Assembly (NCBI RefSeq): GCF_000485595.1
Contig: NW_014577078.1
Coordinates: forward strand, 1,252,977-1,316,976
Direction of reading: 5' to 3'
Origin: Priapulus caudatus
Taxonomy: Eukaryota
Length of the DNA stretch: 64,000 nt
Of this stretch, positions 24,901 to 40,386 are shown in pieces. The notes under the pieces were generated by a model. The model saw only the letters and a list, made by a program, of their open reading frames with translations. It ran no database searches and was not told the origin of the DNA. Made by a program: the position numbers and the translations under genes. Numbering within the stretch: position 1 is the stretch's first letter; every line of letters starts with the position of its first letter.

Positions 24901-26800
24901 TAAGGGAAGGAGGCAGAGGTTTTTTAGAGTTATTGGTGCAGGCAGGAGGAGAGGAGGCGGAGAAGGTGATTGGAGGCAGGGTAAAAAGAGGGTAAGATGA
25001 GAGGGAAACTTGGAAGAAGAACAGAAGTAGGAGTAGGGAGGAGAAAAGTGCCTTGAATGAAGGATGGGTATTTTTCGAGGGAGTGACAAGGGGTAATTGA
25101 GCGTATGGAGAAAACACGAGAGAGGTGGCGAAAGAAATGTGTGTAGTTAGTCCTCGGCGAGAATCGCAATGAATGTCATCTGGAGGAAGATAGTCAGTCT
25201 GGTAGCAAAGGGAAGGAAATAGTAGCCCACGCCAGGTAAGGAGGAGAGCCGAGGAGGGAGAAGGATGATGGAGAAATTTAGTTTCGACAAGGGAAAAAAG
25301 AAGAATAGGAGGAGGGAAGGAATGGCAAGTGGGTTGTGGGCAAAATAAAAGAGAAGAATTGAGGCGGAGTAAGGTGAGGAGATCGAATGAAGACGGTCAT
25401 CTGGGAAAGATGGGAAAGGAATTGTTTGCACGGAGGAGTTGGAAGGTCCAAGGAAGTATGTAGGAATATAAAGGAAGTGCCTCTAAAGATGAGGAGAAAA
25501 CAGAAGAAAAGCGAAGTTGAAATAGTCGAATGTCATAAGTCTAAGTCAAATACGTTTAAAGTCTGTCAATAGAGAGGCAAAGGTACACGCGCAAGGTAAG
25601 CAAAAACAATTCGTTGAAGCAGTTATACGCGTAAAAAAAATGGTCGAAACTAGGAGGCTGGGGCAAAAAGGAGGGAAGGGCAAAGGACCGGAGAGCGAGG
25701 AGAGAAGGAGGGGAGACGGTGTTGGAGTAGGGGAGAAGAGAGGAGTAGGTTGGATTCGCCTCTCCTTCTCCTGTCGACCCTAACCCCTGCATCCATGGAC
25801 CGTCTCCAATTGCGAAGAAAAAGCGAGTCCCCGGGGCAATCGTGGCCAGCCTTCAGAGACCGAGCCGCGTCGCCACGACAGCCGACCCGACTGCCTTTAC
25901 TTGAACTATATTATAATACAGAACATAATAACAATATATCAAACATAGATATATGAATAAAGTTTTATATAATATATATATCAATAGTTATATATATATA
26001 TAATATATATATATATATATCAATAGTTGTATAAATATATCATGCAATAGATGCGTGTTGCCTGTAGCGCAGGGTGGCGGACTATGGTTCTTGCTGCCAG
26101 TGCTCTGGGAGGTGTCTTCACACCGACGAGGCCACATCGCACGGAGCCATCTACAGGATTAGCGCCCGATCCAACGCAATTCTACCCATCGATCAAAGCC
26201 GCAGTCAGCGAGCCTGGAGTAAATCAGTTACAACATGGACGCCATTAAAATGCAGGAAGCCATTAGCGACGACTGCTGCGTTGTATTGCTATTATAATGA
26301 CGTCCCAGTAGATATTTCGCTATAACACGATGAACACAGTCTTGCACGGTGTTCGCTTCGCCGTTTAAACATTAAAGTGTAAGACGATTGCTGAATTATT
26401 CACGTGGACATCAATTAAAGACCGGATAGAGAGACCCCGGTTCTTTATTATTTTATAATAAGAAAATTCGCAACGCAATTACGACACGAAGCAATGCTTC
26501 CTGCACGCGGTCGCGTTGCGAGGATTAAACTGCTGGGAAAAATTCATCGCTTGTTTGTGTAGAATTTCACCTTCGCATAATCGGCGTCTACCGTAGCACT
26601 TTGCTTTCGAGTTAGGTCAATCACGCTATGGAACACCTAAATACGACACTGTACGCCCTCCTACATGGCGTGCCTTAATGAAGAACTCTTTCGGATTAAC
26701 TTTCCCACAAGCAAATCTTCTTATGTACATCTATTTCTAAATAAAGCAAAGCTTACCATAATAATCTGGAATTAAGCTTTGACGTACCACAAATTTTATT

Positions 26801-27424
<624 letters not shown>

Positions 27425-28764
27425 ATAAGTGGATGAAGCAGGTTCCCAGGATTGCTCCACGTTCTTTTGCAGACGACTTTTTATAACTGGCTGTCCAAAA
27501 GTGTTTAAAAATTATCTAAATTTAATACGATATATGTTAATTGTTTTTAAATATATATACGAATTAAATTTAGATACGTGTTTGATGAGCAACGACGTAA
27601 ACTTTTGACAAGGACGTATAGATTTCCCAAATGCACAGAATTGCGTGAGAGAGAGGGAAGGGAGGAGCGATACATAGAGAGAAGGAAAGAGGACGTGAGG
27701 GAGGAGCCGAGAACGATGAGAGGTAAAAGAGGTGGGAGAAGAGAAGACAGTGGCACCTTAGCTAGCAAAAGCCAGCAACACTTCGCAATTTGTTGCTCGG
27801 TACAGGCTTTTCTGGTCGGGTGCAAATTTTTGGGGCCGTCGAGGGGTCACACCAAGCACAACGTTCACACCACAAGTTGCCAACCACGAGGTCAATTTTC
27901 CGTGGTGAGAATCAAACTTTGAATTCTCGGGAAAGTCCGTGGTCACCACTAATTTCCGTGGTGAGTGGTCCGTTGCCGGCCTCTCCCCGCACACTTGGCC
28001 ATTTTTGTGCGACGACAAAATGCCTGTACGAGCAACGAAAGATGGAGAAGTGTGCTGGCCCGCTTAAGGGGAAGAGAAAAGATAGAGAGAGAGAGAGAGA
28101 TGAGAGAGAGATGAGAAAGCGCCGTCACGAAAGAGAGACGCGTGTAAAGGAGAGAGAGGGAGAGAGAGAAGGTGTATAAGAGAAGGAGGAGGGAGGAAAG
28201 GAAAATGAGAAGGAGAAGGATGAGAGGAGAGAGGAGGATAAGAGAGGAGGAGGAGGAGGAGGCAGGAGAGAGAGGTGAGGAGCAGGAGGAGAGGAGGAGG
28301 AGGCAGGGAGAGGAGGAAGAGAGGAAGATAAAGAGGCGGATGAGAAAGCAGGAGGAGAGGGCTGACAAGAGAAAAGCAAGCAGAGAACAGACGAGGCAGA
28401 TATTCTATTATAAGCATGAGCGTGACAACAAAATCAACAGCATTACATATGAACGAGTAGTTTTAGTTTAAATAACCCGCTTCTTAGTGAACTCTAGTAG
28501 CAGTTAGTATATTCTATGTATTTCTAGCAGTTATTCTAGTAGGGGCAGTTAAAGTTGGCAATAATCAAGTCGACTAAGATTCTGTCTATTTGGCTATACA
28601 GATCTATACAACCACTTATCCGCTTATATATCCGCTTTGAGAATAAACTTGTCCAGTAGGTTGGCAGCAGCTGAAGTGCGGTGACCGAGGAAAGCAGACG
28701 AACTCTCTCGACTTAGTCGAAGCAGATCGAAGGTCTGAATCTCTGTAATATACGGCGCTAGACA

Positions 28765-28813
28765 GTGTATGTGTGTGTTGTGTGGGTGTGTGTGTGTGTG
28801 TGTGTGTGGTGTG

Positions 28814-28851
<38 letters not shown>

Positions 28852-28925
28852 TGTATGTCGTGTGTGTGTTGTTGTGTGTGTTGTGTGATGTTGTGTGTGG
28901 TTGTGGTGTGTTGGTGTTTTTGTGG

Positions 28926-28958
<33 letters not shown>

Positions 28959-29031
28959 GTGTGTGTGTGTGTCGTGGTGTGTGTGTGGGTGTGTGGTGTT
29001 GTGTGGGAGCGTGTGTGTGTGTGTGTGTGTG

Positions 29032-29077
<46 letters not shown>

Positions 29078-29166
29078 TGTGTTGCGCGGCGTGCGCGTGC
29101 TGTGCGCGCGTGCGTACGGCGTGCGTGTGTGTGTGTGTTGTGCGCGCGCGTGTATGTCTGTGTGTG
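28765..29166. repeat. Degenerate (TG)n microsatellite
   Basis: Direct inspection. Confidence 0.95.
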
Positions 29167-30238
29167 TTAGCAAAAAATATAGGATGTGCGCCTTCGGGCG
29201 CCTTCCGCCTATGGCAACAACGGTAAACGCACCCACTACAGACCGCCGTTGCTATGGCGACGAATAACAATGGTTAATACGTTAGAAGTAAAATTAATGC
29301 CTCGTGAGCAACGACTGGCATGATAGCTTGGTACTAGTAGGGGAGCGTTACTGTACGTCGCAGTATAAATAATATAGATATCTATATTATTTCTATGTGT
29401 AGCGTCCATAGATAGGACGGTCCATAGATAGGTAGTCCATAACTAGGAGGAAACGAGGAAAGAAAGGGACGAATAAATGAGGAAAATAAATGAGGAACGT
29501 TCAAAGGTAGAATATACGGGAAAATTTTCCATCGTAAACCCTCATGACCCAATAAAGATTAGTCTTTAAAGGCTGAAGGTACTATATCGAAGACAGAAAG
29601 AGAATTTTAATATTGGATGACAGAAACGAATTAAACTAACCAACCTTCAAGGAATCCTTTGAAGATGGCGCATGTCGATAGCAATGGACACGCTCAGATG
29701 ATGTTTAATTCAACAAAGCGTGAGCGGGGATAGGCGTATACGGCTTTATACTCTCTTGCTTGTTACAATTAAGGTGACGGAGATTAGACTTCGTGGTGAC
29801 CTGCTGGAGTGATTTTCGACTCCTATATAGACGTCATTACATGAAGTGAGTAATAGAATGACCATAAATTCGTGATATATCTACGATATGTATACCATGA
29901 TAAATTCGTGATGACAATAGACCTCGAAAAAAAATCAGATATAGATATTCGGATCATCACGAATTATTATTTATACCTATCGTATATCACTAATTGTCTC
30001 TCTCCGTCTACCTAATGGACGAGTAGTCCAAGAACTTTGATAACTTTCGTGATGAACAAATAAACAGATCGAACCAAAAGAAAATCAATATCAGATATCG
30101 GATCATCACGAATTTTACCATGTATCTATCGTGATATCACAATTGTCTCTCTCCGTCTAACTATTGGACGATAATAGTCAATTGAACTTGATACTAATCT
30201 TTATTTAGGTTATATCTGCTGTGTGCAAAGTTTCTAAA

Positions 30239-30417
30239 TCGGGGCGTGCTCGGATTTGTAAAAACCAGGGGGGGGGGGTCTAACCGAACCCAACTTGCGA
30301 GCACGCGAAATGGGGGCCCCCACAATTTTTTGGAAATTATGCGCCCTCAGTATGCGTTTTCTTCTCTGGCGCGAGCAAGGGGGGAGGTCCGACCCTGGAC
30401 CCCCTGACACGCGCCTG
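30239..30417. mobile_element. Degraded copy of the 14058-14253 MITE
   Basis: Shares ggatttgta..ccagggggggggtctaaccg..acccaacttgcgagcacgcgaa. Confidence 0.7.
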
Positions 30418-31506
30418 AAAATTATTTACTCTCGTGCGTAGCGTAGATCAAATTGCGCGGAGGCGATGACGTCCCCGCACGCGGCGCCCGCGTTTTCTGG
30501 GCGTGAGCGCTCGTTTTGTCGCGAATAGCGCAACTAGTTTATAAGGAATAGAGTGTACTGCCTGCGCGTAGCGTATCATAGAAAAGAGAGGGCGCGAGAG
30601 CCTGCTGGCAATGTAAGGCATCACCTTTCCCCCGGGCCTACACAGACGCTGTCATTACAATTTATATCTCGCCAGATAACTTCACACAGGCCAATATTCG
30701 TCGAAATAAATGCACTACTCTAGTGCACTCCTGACCGGCTGAGCACACGTTTTGTCATGTCAAGACTTACGATTTTTTACGATACTGCTTTGATGCGGCG
30801 CAGCGTGAGTGTAAACAAGTGATCGAGGTGGTACGTTATTCATTGATTTGATGGTTATCCTTGCCTTAAAATGGAAAGACAGATGTTGCTAAACTTTTTC
30901 TTGCCACACGTGCCACAGCTTGTCGCCCGTCTACTAAATAATCTCAACACAGCGCTTTAGAAAGAAGTCGGGGAAACACTCCTGGACTAGTAAATCAGTA
31001 ATTAGTCACTTTAAAGTAGCACAACACTACTGTAACGAAGTACATCTATCTACTACTCTAAAACTGTCAAGTTTCACAGTTATAGACGAGTACATGTGAC
31101 CGTACATGTGATCGCACCGGGACGTACATGTCATTTGCGGGTGATATACTCTTCTGTCTCGGCGGTGAAGCGTGCACATTTAGGTTTGTGTTTCTGCTTG
31201 ACTGTTTCATATCTGGAAGCCACGCCATCACACGGGGTGAATACGTGGGCCATCGAATATGCTATTGTCCACGTAAACCGCATCATTAACATTCTATAGA
31301 TTCTGCCGATCGCTTCGTTAACATTCTATTGTTCGCCGGGGGTCGGACGCTTTTCGTTAAATTCTCTCATGCGTTCATCAGACCTTCGTTAAATCATTAG
31401 TACGTTCCTTCGAACCCTTGTAACATTCTAAAGTTCCTCGACCTTCGTTAACATTCTGAATACAGGTCATACTAACCTTGCTATTGTTTTTTATACTGTC
31501 ATCTTT

Positions 31507-31541
<35 letters not shown>

Positions 31542-32095
31542 TCGTCGTCGTGTCGTGCAGCAGACGAACGAGACACCAGTGACGGTCGCCGCCGCGCGGT
31601 TCGATGGCGCGATCGGATTGTCTCGGCGCCACGTCTTCCGACTCCTGCAGCGGCGACGACGAGGCACCGGCCGAGACATCGCTGCCTCGCGGGTCTCGCG
31701 CACAGGCCCCGTGGACCGCCGCGCACTAGCTCCCGATAGCTGAACCCGCGCCAGTTGCGAACATTATCCGTCAGAACGACGTCACGCGAACGAGTCCCCG
31801 TCGTCGCCGTCAGTACTTTCAGTACAACAACCTCGCCGCCACCAAGCGCCCGATCGAGACCGCCGGCGCCGAGGCGAAGTGCCGTCAAGACCCCCCGGCA
31901 TGCTGTTCGGAGATTTCGATGGCACGGCGGCACGCGTGCGCGCACCGTCAGCGGAACGCCCTTGAGTACGTCGCGTCTCGCTGCTCCCCGCAGGACGTCC
32001 TCGAGGACTGCTCTCAGGGAAAATCGACGCCTCGCCTTCGACCTCCTCGAGTGGTACCGGCAAACGAACGCGACTAACACGAACANNNNNNNNNN

Positions 32096-32750
32096 CCCTA
32101 CTCCTCCTCCATGACCTTCATTCGATCTCCATCACCTCCTCCCCCTACTCCGTCACCTTCTCCCCTCCTCCTCCCCCTACTCCATCACCTTCTCCCCTCC
32201 TCCTCCTCCTCCTCCTCATGCCCCTACTCCTCCTCCATGACCTTCATTCGATCTCCATCACCTCCTCCCCCTACTCCGTCACCTTCTCCCCTCCTCCTCC
32301 CCCTACTCCATCACCTTCTCCCCTCCTCCTTCTCCTCCTCCTGCCCCTTATCTTCCTCCATCACCTTCATTCGATCACCATCACCTTCTCCGCTCCTCCT
32401 CCTCCTCCTCCTCCTCCTCCATCACCTTCTCCCCTCCTCCTCCTCCACCTACTCCATCACCTTCTTTCCTCCTCTTCCTCCTCCTCCATGACCTTCTTCA
32501 TTCGAACTCCATCACCTTCTCCGCTCCTCCTCCTCCCCATATTCCATCACCTTCTCCCCTCCTCCTCCCCCTACTCCCTCATCCTCCTCCTCCTCCTGCC
32601 CCCTACTCCTCCTCCATGACCTTCTTCAATCGATCTCCATCATCTTCTCCGCTCTTCCTCCTCCCCCTCCTCCCCATACTCCATCACCTTCTCCTCTTCC
32701 TCCTGCCCCCTACTCCTCCTCCATAACCGTATTCATTCGATCTCCATCTC
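32096..32750. repeat. Subterminal C/T-rich tandem repeat (~126 bp period) of the 10-kb element
   Basis: cctccatgaccttcattcgatctccatc recurs; its complement occurs at 23052, 24760 and 25380. Confidence 0.8.
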
Positions 32751-33295
32751 AGGGGCAGGTACGTTTATGTAAACACAGAGTACATATATGCTGAGAAGAT
32801 ACAGGTCTGGTATACTTGTGTATACATATACATACCTCGGGTACATATCTGTAGCACCTGATACGACAACGACCCCTCAGCTACACTAGGCCAAATTCAA
32901 CGATTATTTGTTCTAATAATTTTATGATCGAGAGAACCGCGAGCACACCTAGATTTGTCCGCACGCAGACGTTATAACTGCGCTTTGCTAATCTGAGGGT
33001 GCGTGTTTACTGGGGTCTGCTCGGACTAGCCTAGATAAGAATGAAGTGTGTCCTGTACCACCAGTAATTTGCCAGAACAGGTTTGGTAACACTTTACGGT
33101 ACGTGCTGAGATCGTTGCTGGAATATTCCTTACTGATCGCTATCGGCACTTATTATACAATTTTTCTTCGGTTAGTTAAACTATACTGGTTTATAGCTAT
33201 AATAAATTCAGAACAAAGTAGACAAACGGGCTCAAGGATAGAAAGCATGTCCAGTAATAAATATCATCCTATCCTATAACCGTCCTGATCATTTG

Positions 33296-33717
33296 TAACC
33301 CGCTCCAGCGTAATACGGACTAAGTCGCAAGTCATTGTTTTGAGTAATGAGCACGCACACATGTCAATGCTGAAAATGGCCTACCTGGACAAAAATGAGA
33401 TTTTTACAAAAATAAGTTCCTAGGTGCATATTTAATCCGGATATATAGGTTCAGATATCTCTAGATTATTATGGTCATTTTTAATTGAAACAAAACCGCT
33501 CATCCCCGACTGGGCCCCTTCCCCGGAACGCTTTATCTCAAAAGCTGCATATTCTGGAATAAGTTCCGATTTTCAAATTGCTGTAGATCGGTCAATTCTT
33601 TAGATATAGCCAAATATTATATATCATTTTAAAGGTAATTAAATGATTGATTCAGATATGCACATAACTCAATTTGTAGAATTTCCTACTTAATCCTGGT
33701 TTTGCTGAAGCGGGTCA
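33296..33717. mobile_element. TIR element
   Basis: aacccgctccagcgtaatacggactaag inverted against cttaatcctggttttgctgaagcgggtc (imperfect). Confidence 0.5.
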
Positions 33718-34650
33718 TTTTATCCTTGAACCGACAAACGCCCCGGGCCAACACGAATTACTGGCACCGGCAGTTTCAAGCGTGCAAATCAGCAGTGCAT
33801 AAAACGTTAAAAGAAAAATTCATTTTCACCTACATGACATGATAAGAACCTATCTATAAAGACGACCAAGAAACCTTCTAAAAGATCAAATCTAAAGTCT
33901 CTAGATACATAAGCATGAGAATAGAATTCAAAAACACCGTGAGAAGGATATCCGGAAAAGGGCAAAGACATACGGGAGCAATATCCTCACATTTATGATT
34001 ATGATTTCAGATTATGATTAAGCGATATGCTGAGCGTCAGTGAAACGAATGAATTCGTGAGGTCTAGCAAAAAAAAAACTAATGCAATTAGTATTCATGA
34101 CGGTGCACTTTTCCAGCTCAGCCTGAACGTTCACACCTTCAGCTAAAACCATATGCTAAAACTAATGAAAGTTTTGGAAGTTGTGTTTTGTAATTGTATT
34201 TTTACCCAATCAGAGACCTTGTTACACATGACTTAACCGCGGTTAAATTATGTGTAACAATGCCTCTGATTGGGTAAAAAGGGCTATATAATTTTACCGC
34301 GGTTAAATTATTTCTACCGTGGTAAAAATAATCATTTCTGAGTACGACGGCCGCATGGTGTATCTTCCTTCGTGCATGCGTGTTGATTATTGCTGTCATA
34401 CAATAACAATTAAGTCTCATAATCTCCACTAAGATATCAGTGGAATATGGGACACAATTATACAAAGGAAATGTTTCTTCATTCCTTATTATAGTACAGT
34501 AATACTTTTTTACGAATTATAAATTACTAAATAACTAGTACTATGCAGCATAATTTAAATACAACAAGCAATAATCACATTTATTGTTTTATTTATACTT
34601 ACTATCGCTATAACATTTTATTATAACATATTAAAGTACATGCAAATAGC

Positions 34651-34865
34651 CACTGGCAGCAAGAACAACTCCGCTGCAGCTACAGCACACACGACGCCAT
34701 TGACTATAATAACAACTTGTTATTATAGTTGTTATTATAGTTGTTATTATAGTTGTTATTATAGTTGTTATTATAGTTGTTATTATAGTTGTTATTGTAG
34801 TTGTTATTATAGTCAATGGCGTCGTGTGTGCTGTAGCTGCAGCGGACTTGTTCTTGCTGCCAGTG
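34651..34865. mobile_element. Foldback MITE, 8-bp TSD, central 12-bp tandem repeat
   Basis: ~65 bp TIRs cactggcagcaagaac...; exact TSD caaatagc; (ttgttattatag)n core. Confidence 0.9.
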
Positions 34866-36164
34866 CAAATAGCCAACAAGCTAATAAATGAAAATTAGAC
34901 CAAATGGTGGTAAGACTGAACCACCTTGTTTTAATTTGGCTCTATTCTCACTCATTCGGACGGTCAGTTGGTCTTGGTGTGTAGTTTGTGTGTGGACACT
35001 TACACTACAGTTATAAAATAACATCAATGACAATGGCGAAATCTTGTAATGATCAAAATATAATAATGTATCAACTGACGTTTACTAACATTGCTCACAA
35101 CCCACATATCATCTTGAGAGGGTGTATAACTGTGAAATTATCATAACAGCATCACACATGGCAAATTTCGAGCCACTATGACTATTAATCTCAATATCCA
35201 AAATACAATTAACCTAATACTAATAGGCTTGGCACAAACAAGATACGACAGACTTGGCACAGGATAAAACCTTATAAGTAATGATAATTGCACTTAAATG
35301 ACACAAATAATAAAATTAGCCGTTTCCTATATATATATATGACATACAAAATATGGGACTAATGGGCACAATTGAAAAAGTACTCATCCACATGGAACAT
35401 TTGCTATTTGAATCAAGTGGCTTTTTTCACTCACCCAACCACATAGCATTATGCTATTTAGCAAATTTTAGCAAAGCAAAAACGATTATTATGCAATGAT
35501 GTATGTATAACATAAATATCATAAGGACTATACCTGACAGGATCGAGGGATAATACATCAACTGTAGTACATAGTTCTCAGATTTCTAATATTATGTTAA
35601 GAATTATATATCATAATATTACCAAAGACCACTGAACATTGTCCATGGTTAATTAATACTTATCACTGAATTGAGGATTGGATGGTTGAAAATCTCATGA
35701 TTTGACGCATCAAATTGTTGACGTATCAAAGTTACCTGACAACTGGAATCTTCTTTAGATAACAATTGGTCGGTAAGATTGGAAGAACTAATCAAAAACT
35801 GCAGTTTTCCTACCTTCCTAGCCAGCTATATTAATGCCTTTCACATAGATGGACGTACGTCTTTTTATATGAGTACTGTCTGAGCGCTACTTGCATGCAC
35901 TTGCATGTATGTGGTCTGTGTGCACGTTCCTTTCAAACAGCATTAAGCCTAACACCTCCAAAATATGCAAAAATACCAAACTTGCTAATATTTAACAGTT
36001 ACAATACATGGTATACGCAACATATATATCTGAAAGGGATACTTTCCCCTAGAATTTTAGAGTATATTATGATCATAAATAATAGTATATACCAACATAT
36101 TTCTATAATAACGCATTCAAGTTTGTCATGAAACAATATTGAATTTCGAAATCTTCATGTTTTC

Positions 36165-36527
36165 GGCGCTGACATGGCACCCGTGATTGTGCTACCACCC
36201 TTAAAAAGTTGCGCATTTGCAAATTTATTTTGCATGTTACAGACCGAGGGGTAATCACAAAAGTGCAATTATATTTATACCTAAATGCTATTTAACCGAA
36301 TGATATTTATTTTAGGACAAATTTGTCCATATTATAACTGAAACTAAGTGTCGCTTATNNNNNNNNNNNNNNNNNNNNNNNNNGTTCAAATTTCGTAGCG
36401 TTGATGTGTAATTAATTATAACAATCAAATTAGGTACCTGGTAACAAATACGTGTGGGTATAGACTAGCTATTTGTTATACAGTAAATACAGTTATATGC
36501 AGTAAAATCTTAGTCTATCCCTTTAAA
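36165..36527. mobile_element. Kolobok-like element fragments either side of an N-gap
   Basis: Homologous to 52490-52680 and, inverted, to 52351-52485; ends in ccct|ttaa. Confidence 0.6.
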
Positions 36528-37055
36528 TTATAATTAAAATAATAAAATAATAATTTGTACATTTCCTTACATGTCATAACTGCGACCTGTATTAAAACAA
36601 TATTGTTTTATTTGGAAAGCAGATGCGCACAAAAACGCTAGCATGGCTCAACACATAAGTAGGAAAGTCATAAATGTAGTGCTGGTACACACCTAAATCC
36701 TAATTCCTGCACAGTTTGTCTACTTGTTTATGTACGGCTTGGCGTCACGAAACACCAGGTAAACCGATTCATTAGCACACACTGTGCGTTTTTGCATCAT
36801 ATGTCAGCATTCACAATTACTCAAATATTGCTGCTGGTCAACATAAAAGCTCCATTTGAATAAGTGCTGAATGTTGTTACACAAAATATATTAGATCTCA
36901 CTTAGCATTTGCTGTCGCTGCTTTCACTGTGATAAATTACTACAAAGTAGCTATAACCTCGAAAACACGATTTGTGTGGACTTTGTGCTGCTTTAAACAT
37001 GTCTATCATGTATTGGTGTACAGTCCTATCACCAGTAGAACAAGCTGGTCATGGC

Positions 37056-37157
<102 letters not shown>

Positions 37158-37234
37158 CTATAATATAAAGAGTGCTTGTGATTAGTTAACATCCTTATAT
37201 TATGTTTATATAATACACACACACACACACGCAT

Positions 37235-37277
<43 letters not shown>

Positions 37278-37748
37278 CACACACACACCCACACACACAC
37301 GCACACACACGCACACACACGCACAACACACACACACACACACATATATCAGGAGTAAATATTCTCAAAGGAGTATGACATGTATTTTCCTGTTTTACTG
37401 ATTTTCTCCTTTATATTTTGGCATAAATAAAAACAAAAATGTATACGTTATTGAGCTTATTTTGTACTTTTATTTTTCACCTACTTTGTACGGAAATTGG
37501 TTTATAGCTATTTGCTGACTTATTCCTACGTATATCCTGAGCGATACTAGCAATAACTGCTCCCATCCCCCGCATGCGACTCGGCAGAAATTTGAGAGCA
37601 ATAATTCCCTAACAAGTGCCGCAGAGCGACAGCGCTCAACTGACGTGTACTGTAGCCGAGTATTCTTCTGATAAACTCACTGGCAACCTCATCAAGTGCG
37701 CCCTCCCGCCACCGCGTTCGCGCTCAGAGCATATATCTAGGATACTAC

Positions 37749-37782
37749 CAGGAGTCTATCAATCAATATTGATAGACTCCTG
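37749..37782. mobile_element. Hairpin micro-element (CAGGAG family), 34 bp, 7-bp TSD
   Basis: atactac|caggagtctatcaat..attgatagactcctg|atactac. Confidence 0.8.
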
Positions 37783-38649
37783 ATACTACTAATACAGATC
37801 TAAAATCTATGATAGCTAGGCTTTGCTATACTGGTAGTACAGGAATAAAGATACAGCTGTGTAACTTTAATGACTTCGTTATATTAACATGTTATCATGG
37901 ATATGCGTCGAGTGCGAGCGTAGTGGTGGTGGTGGGGGAGAGTAGGGGGAGGGGGCGCGTGGAGGGGGCTCTAATAGCAAAAGCAGTTGCCACGAGATGG
38001 CGCGTGCAAGTGTTATCAATAATCAAAGATGGCATCACCCTTCGTGCGTGATAACCTCACTCCATTGAGTTGCTGAAATCCTACCAGCTAAAATCCAAGT
38101 ATATTCAGGCAGGCGAGAATTTCGCTCAGCTGTGAGTTAACACATCTGCATTGCAGGTTGCCAGGCAATAATTATGATTAGAATAGTGCCAGTTCACCAC
38201 CATGCATGCGTAATGGGCTGCCCCCATGTTTTTGCCTACACATGCGAGCATTCAGGGTTCATTACAGTGTGCTAATACAGTGTGCTACTCAGGGTGCTAA
38301 TACAGACTGCTTTAGAAAATAATATGATTTAAGGAGCGTAAACCTTGTTCAACAAACATTTGCCTTTGCAATTGAACTGTGCAACTGTAGCCTCACATCC
38401 ACAATAGCAAAAGCAGTTCAGTCCTTTGTTAACAGTCAACAAATCCATGTTTACCCCGCCTCTTGAGGGTCAAAAGGTTATCCGACACTTAATCTTCGCA
38501 TGTCAGCGGAAAGTACATTTTATGGTCCTTTCNNNNNNNNNNTACCCAGGGTACGTTCCGGCAGTACCCTGGGGGACATAGACACTATGAGCCATATTAG
38601 CAATGAGTGTCACTGTGACAACAAATGCATTACACATAATTATACTAAC

Positions 38650-38737
38650 CTTAATTTTTCCAGAAAAATACCATAATGCCAGTTGGTTGACTGCTCCTTC
38701 AAATTGCTCAGGATAGTTAAGAACAAGAAATCGCTCT
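38650..38737 (-). CDS. PTGR2: PTGR2 copy 1, exon 7
   Basis: RERFLVLNYPEQFEGAVNQLALWYFSGKIK, 88 nt, GT-AG. Confidence 0.95.
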
Positions 38738-38814
38738 CTAAAATTAAATTAAATGGAGTTGATGACATGTAGTTAGACAAGATCAATATAATTTTAAACA
38801 TTCAAACGGTACTG

Positions 38815-39148
38815 CAGGGGTAGAAATTAACCTTTGAACACGGGAGTCCAACAAACTCCCTACCCTCAAAAAGAGGGAGTCCGCAGTCTGAAGTTCAAAA
38901 TTAAAGATATTAACAATAACACGTGCTTATTTTGAAAATTCATGCGGTTACACGTCTGCCAAATTTTCTTTGGACATTTGCTGAAAAAATACGGTAATTC
39001 CGCAAGGCCGTGCTCTGGAACGAACTAGTTAGTATAGTATGGCAGAATTTTCAGGGAGTCACACAGACTCCTGCATATGTAAAATCAGGGAGTCCGACAG
39101 TAAATCAGGGAGTATTTGACTCCGGACTCCCATTAATTTGGCACCCTG
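38815..39148. mobile_element. MITE with CAGGG...CCCTG termini (also ~51176-51507)
   Basis: caggggtagaaattaa / ttaatttggcaccctg with internal gggagtcc/ggactccc motifs. Confidence 0.65.
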
Positions 39149-39156
39149 GTACTGGT

Positions 39157-39378
39157 GCTGAAGGAGTCGTTGTCGTATCAGGTACTACATATATGTACCC
39201 GAGGTACATATATATAGGCCTATGTATACACAAAGTGTACCAGACTTGTACTACAGAAGTGTACCCTAACCCTAACCCTAAACATACCTCATATATAAAT
39301 ATAAACATAATACTAAACAACCTAAAACTACCTCGGGTACATATCTGTAGTACCTGATACGACAACGACCCTTCATGC
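39157..39378. mobile_element. Mutator-like MITE family B with internal (CCCTAA)n; second copy ~51517-51741
   Basis: TIR gctgaaggagtcgttgtcgtatcaggtactaca...; exact 9-bp TSD ggtactggt. Confidence 0.9.
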
Positions 39379-39839
39379 GGTACTGGTACTGATCATATAA
39401 GTTACTACCAAATCGAGTGTATGAATAACTTATGACCAACAGTATGAATTAGCATAGGACATGTATACAATCTGTTTAAGACAATAATAATTTCACTTGA
39501 CAGAGAAATCTTTGCAATAATTCTTTATTGTGATAGGTAGCACCCATCAACCCACCTCTTAGAAATTTACGCTGTCGTGTTACTGCACATTTACACGATG
39601 AAACGTTTTTATGATCCCTCTCCAGTTAGCATATAAAATAAAGTGTTGATTCTTTTCCGAAAATATCAGGAATGCATGAATGCAGGAAGTCAGGTCTTGG
39701 CATTTTAAAATATGCTGAAAGGTCATTAAACCCCTTGCCTCAGATTGCATGGATTTGATAATGTTGATAACTGGTTATAGCAGCTTACAGCAAAGCAATC
39801 ATATCAATTTACATTATCATACATCCGCATACATCATCA

Positions 39840-40001
<162 letters not shown>

Positions 40002-40386
40002 TTAATATAATAATCTATAGCAATAAATGAACCCATTCATACGGTGAATGTGTTGCAAAAAAATGAAATGCCCCCAAAAATCTTCACTACAACAAGGAAC
40101 GCGGGCTACTATAATAAAAAGGTAACCCCTTCTATATTTACATGTGTTCTTTCATGCCCCTGCAACCATTTGCTGTTGGTCATTACTGCTGTACATACCT
40201 AATTCAGTTATAAATCTAGATCCACTCTGATTTAGACAATCCAATGCCATCTTTTCTATTAATTGAGCACAATAGAGTGATGTCAAGGACGATGTCAAAA
40301 AAGTAATTATGTAAACTAGTAAATTTAGAAAATGCAGATAAGTTTCACACACTGAGAATACTACTGGAACTTTAAAGGCAAATTGC

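Noticed and set aside
35735..35790. Possible small minus-strand exon ending AG|gtaac
   Set aside because: No recognisable homology or partner exons; lies downstream of the PTGR2 stop codon
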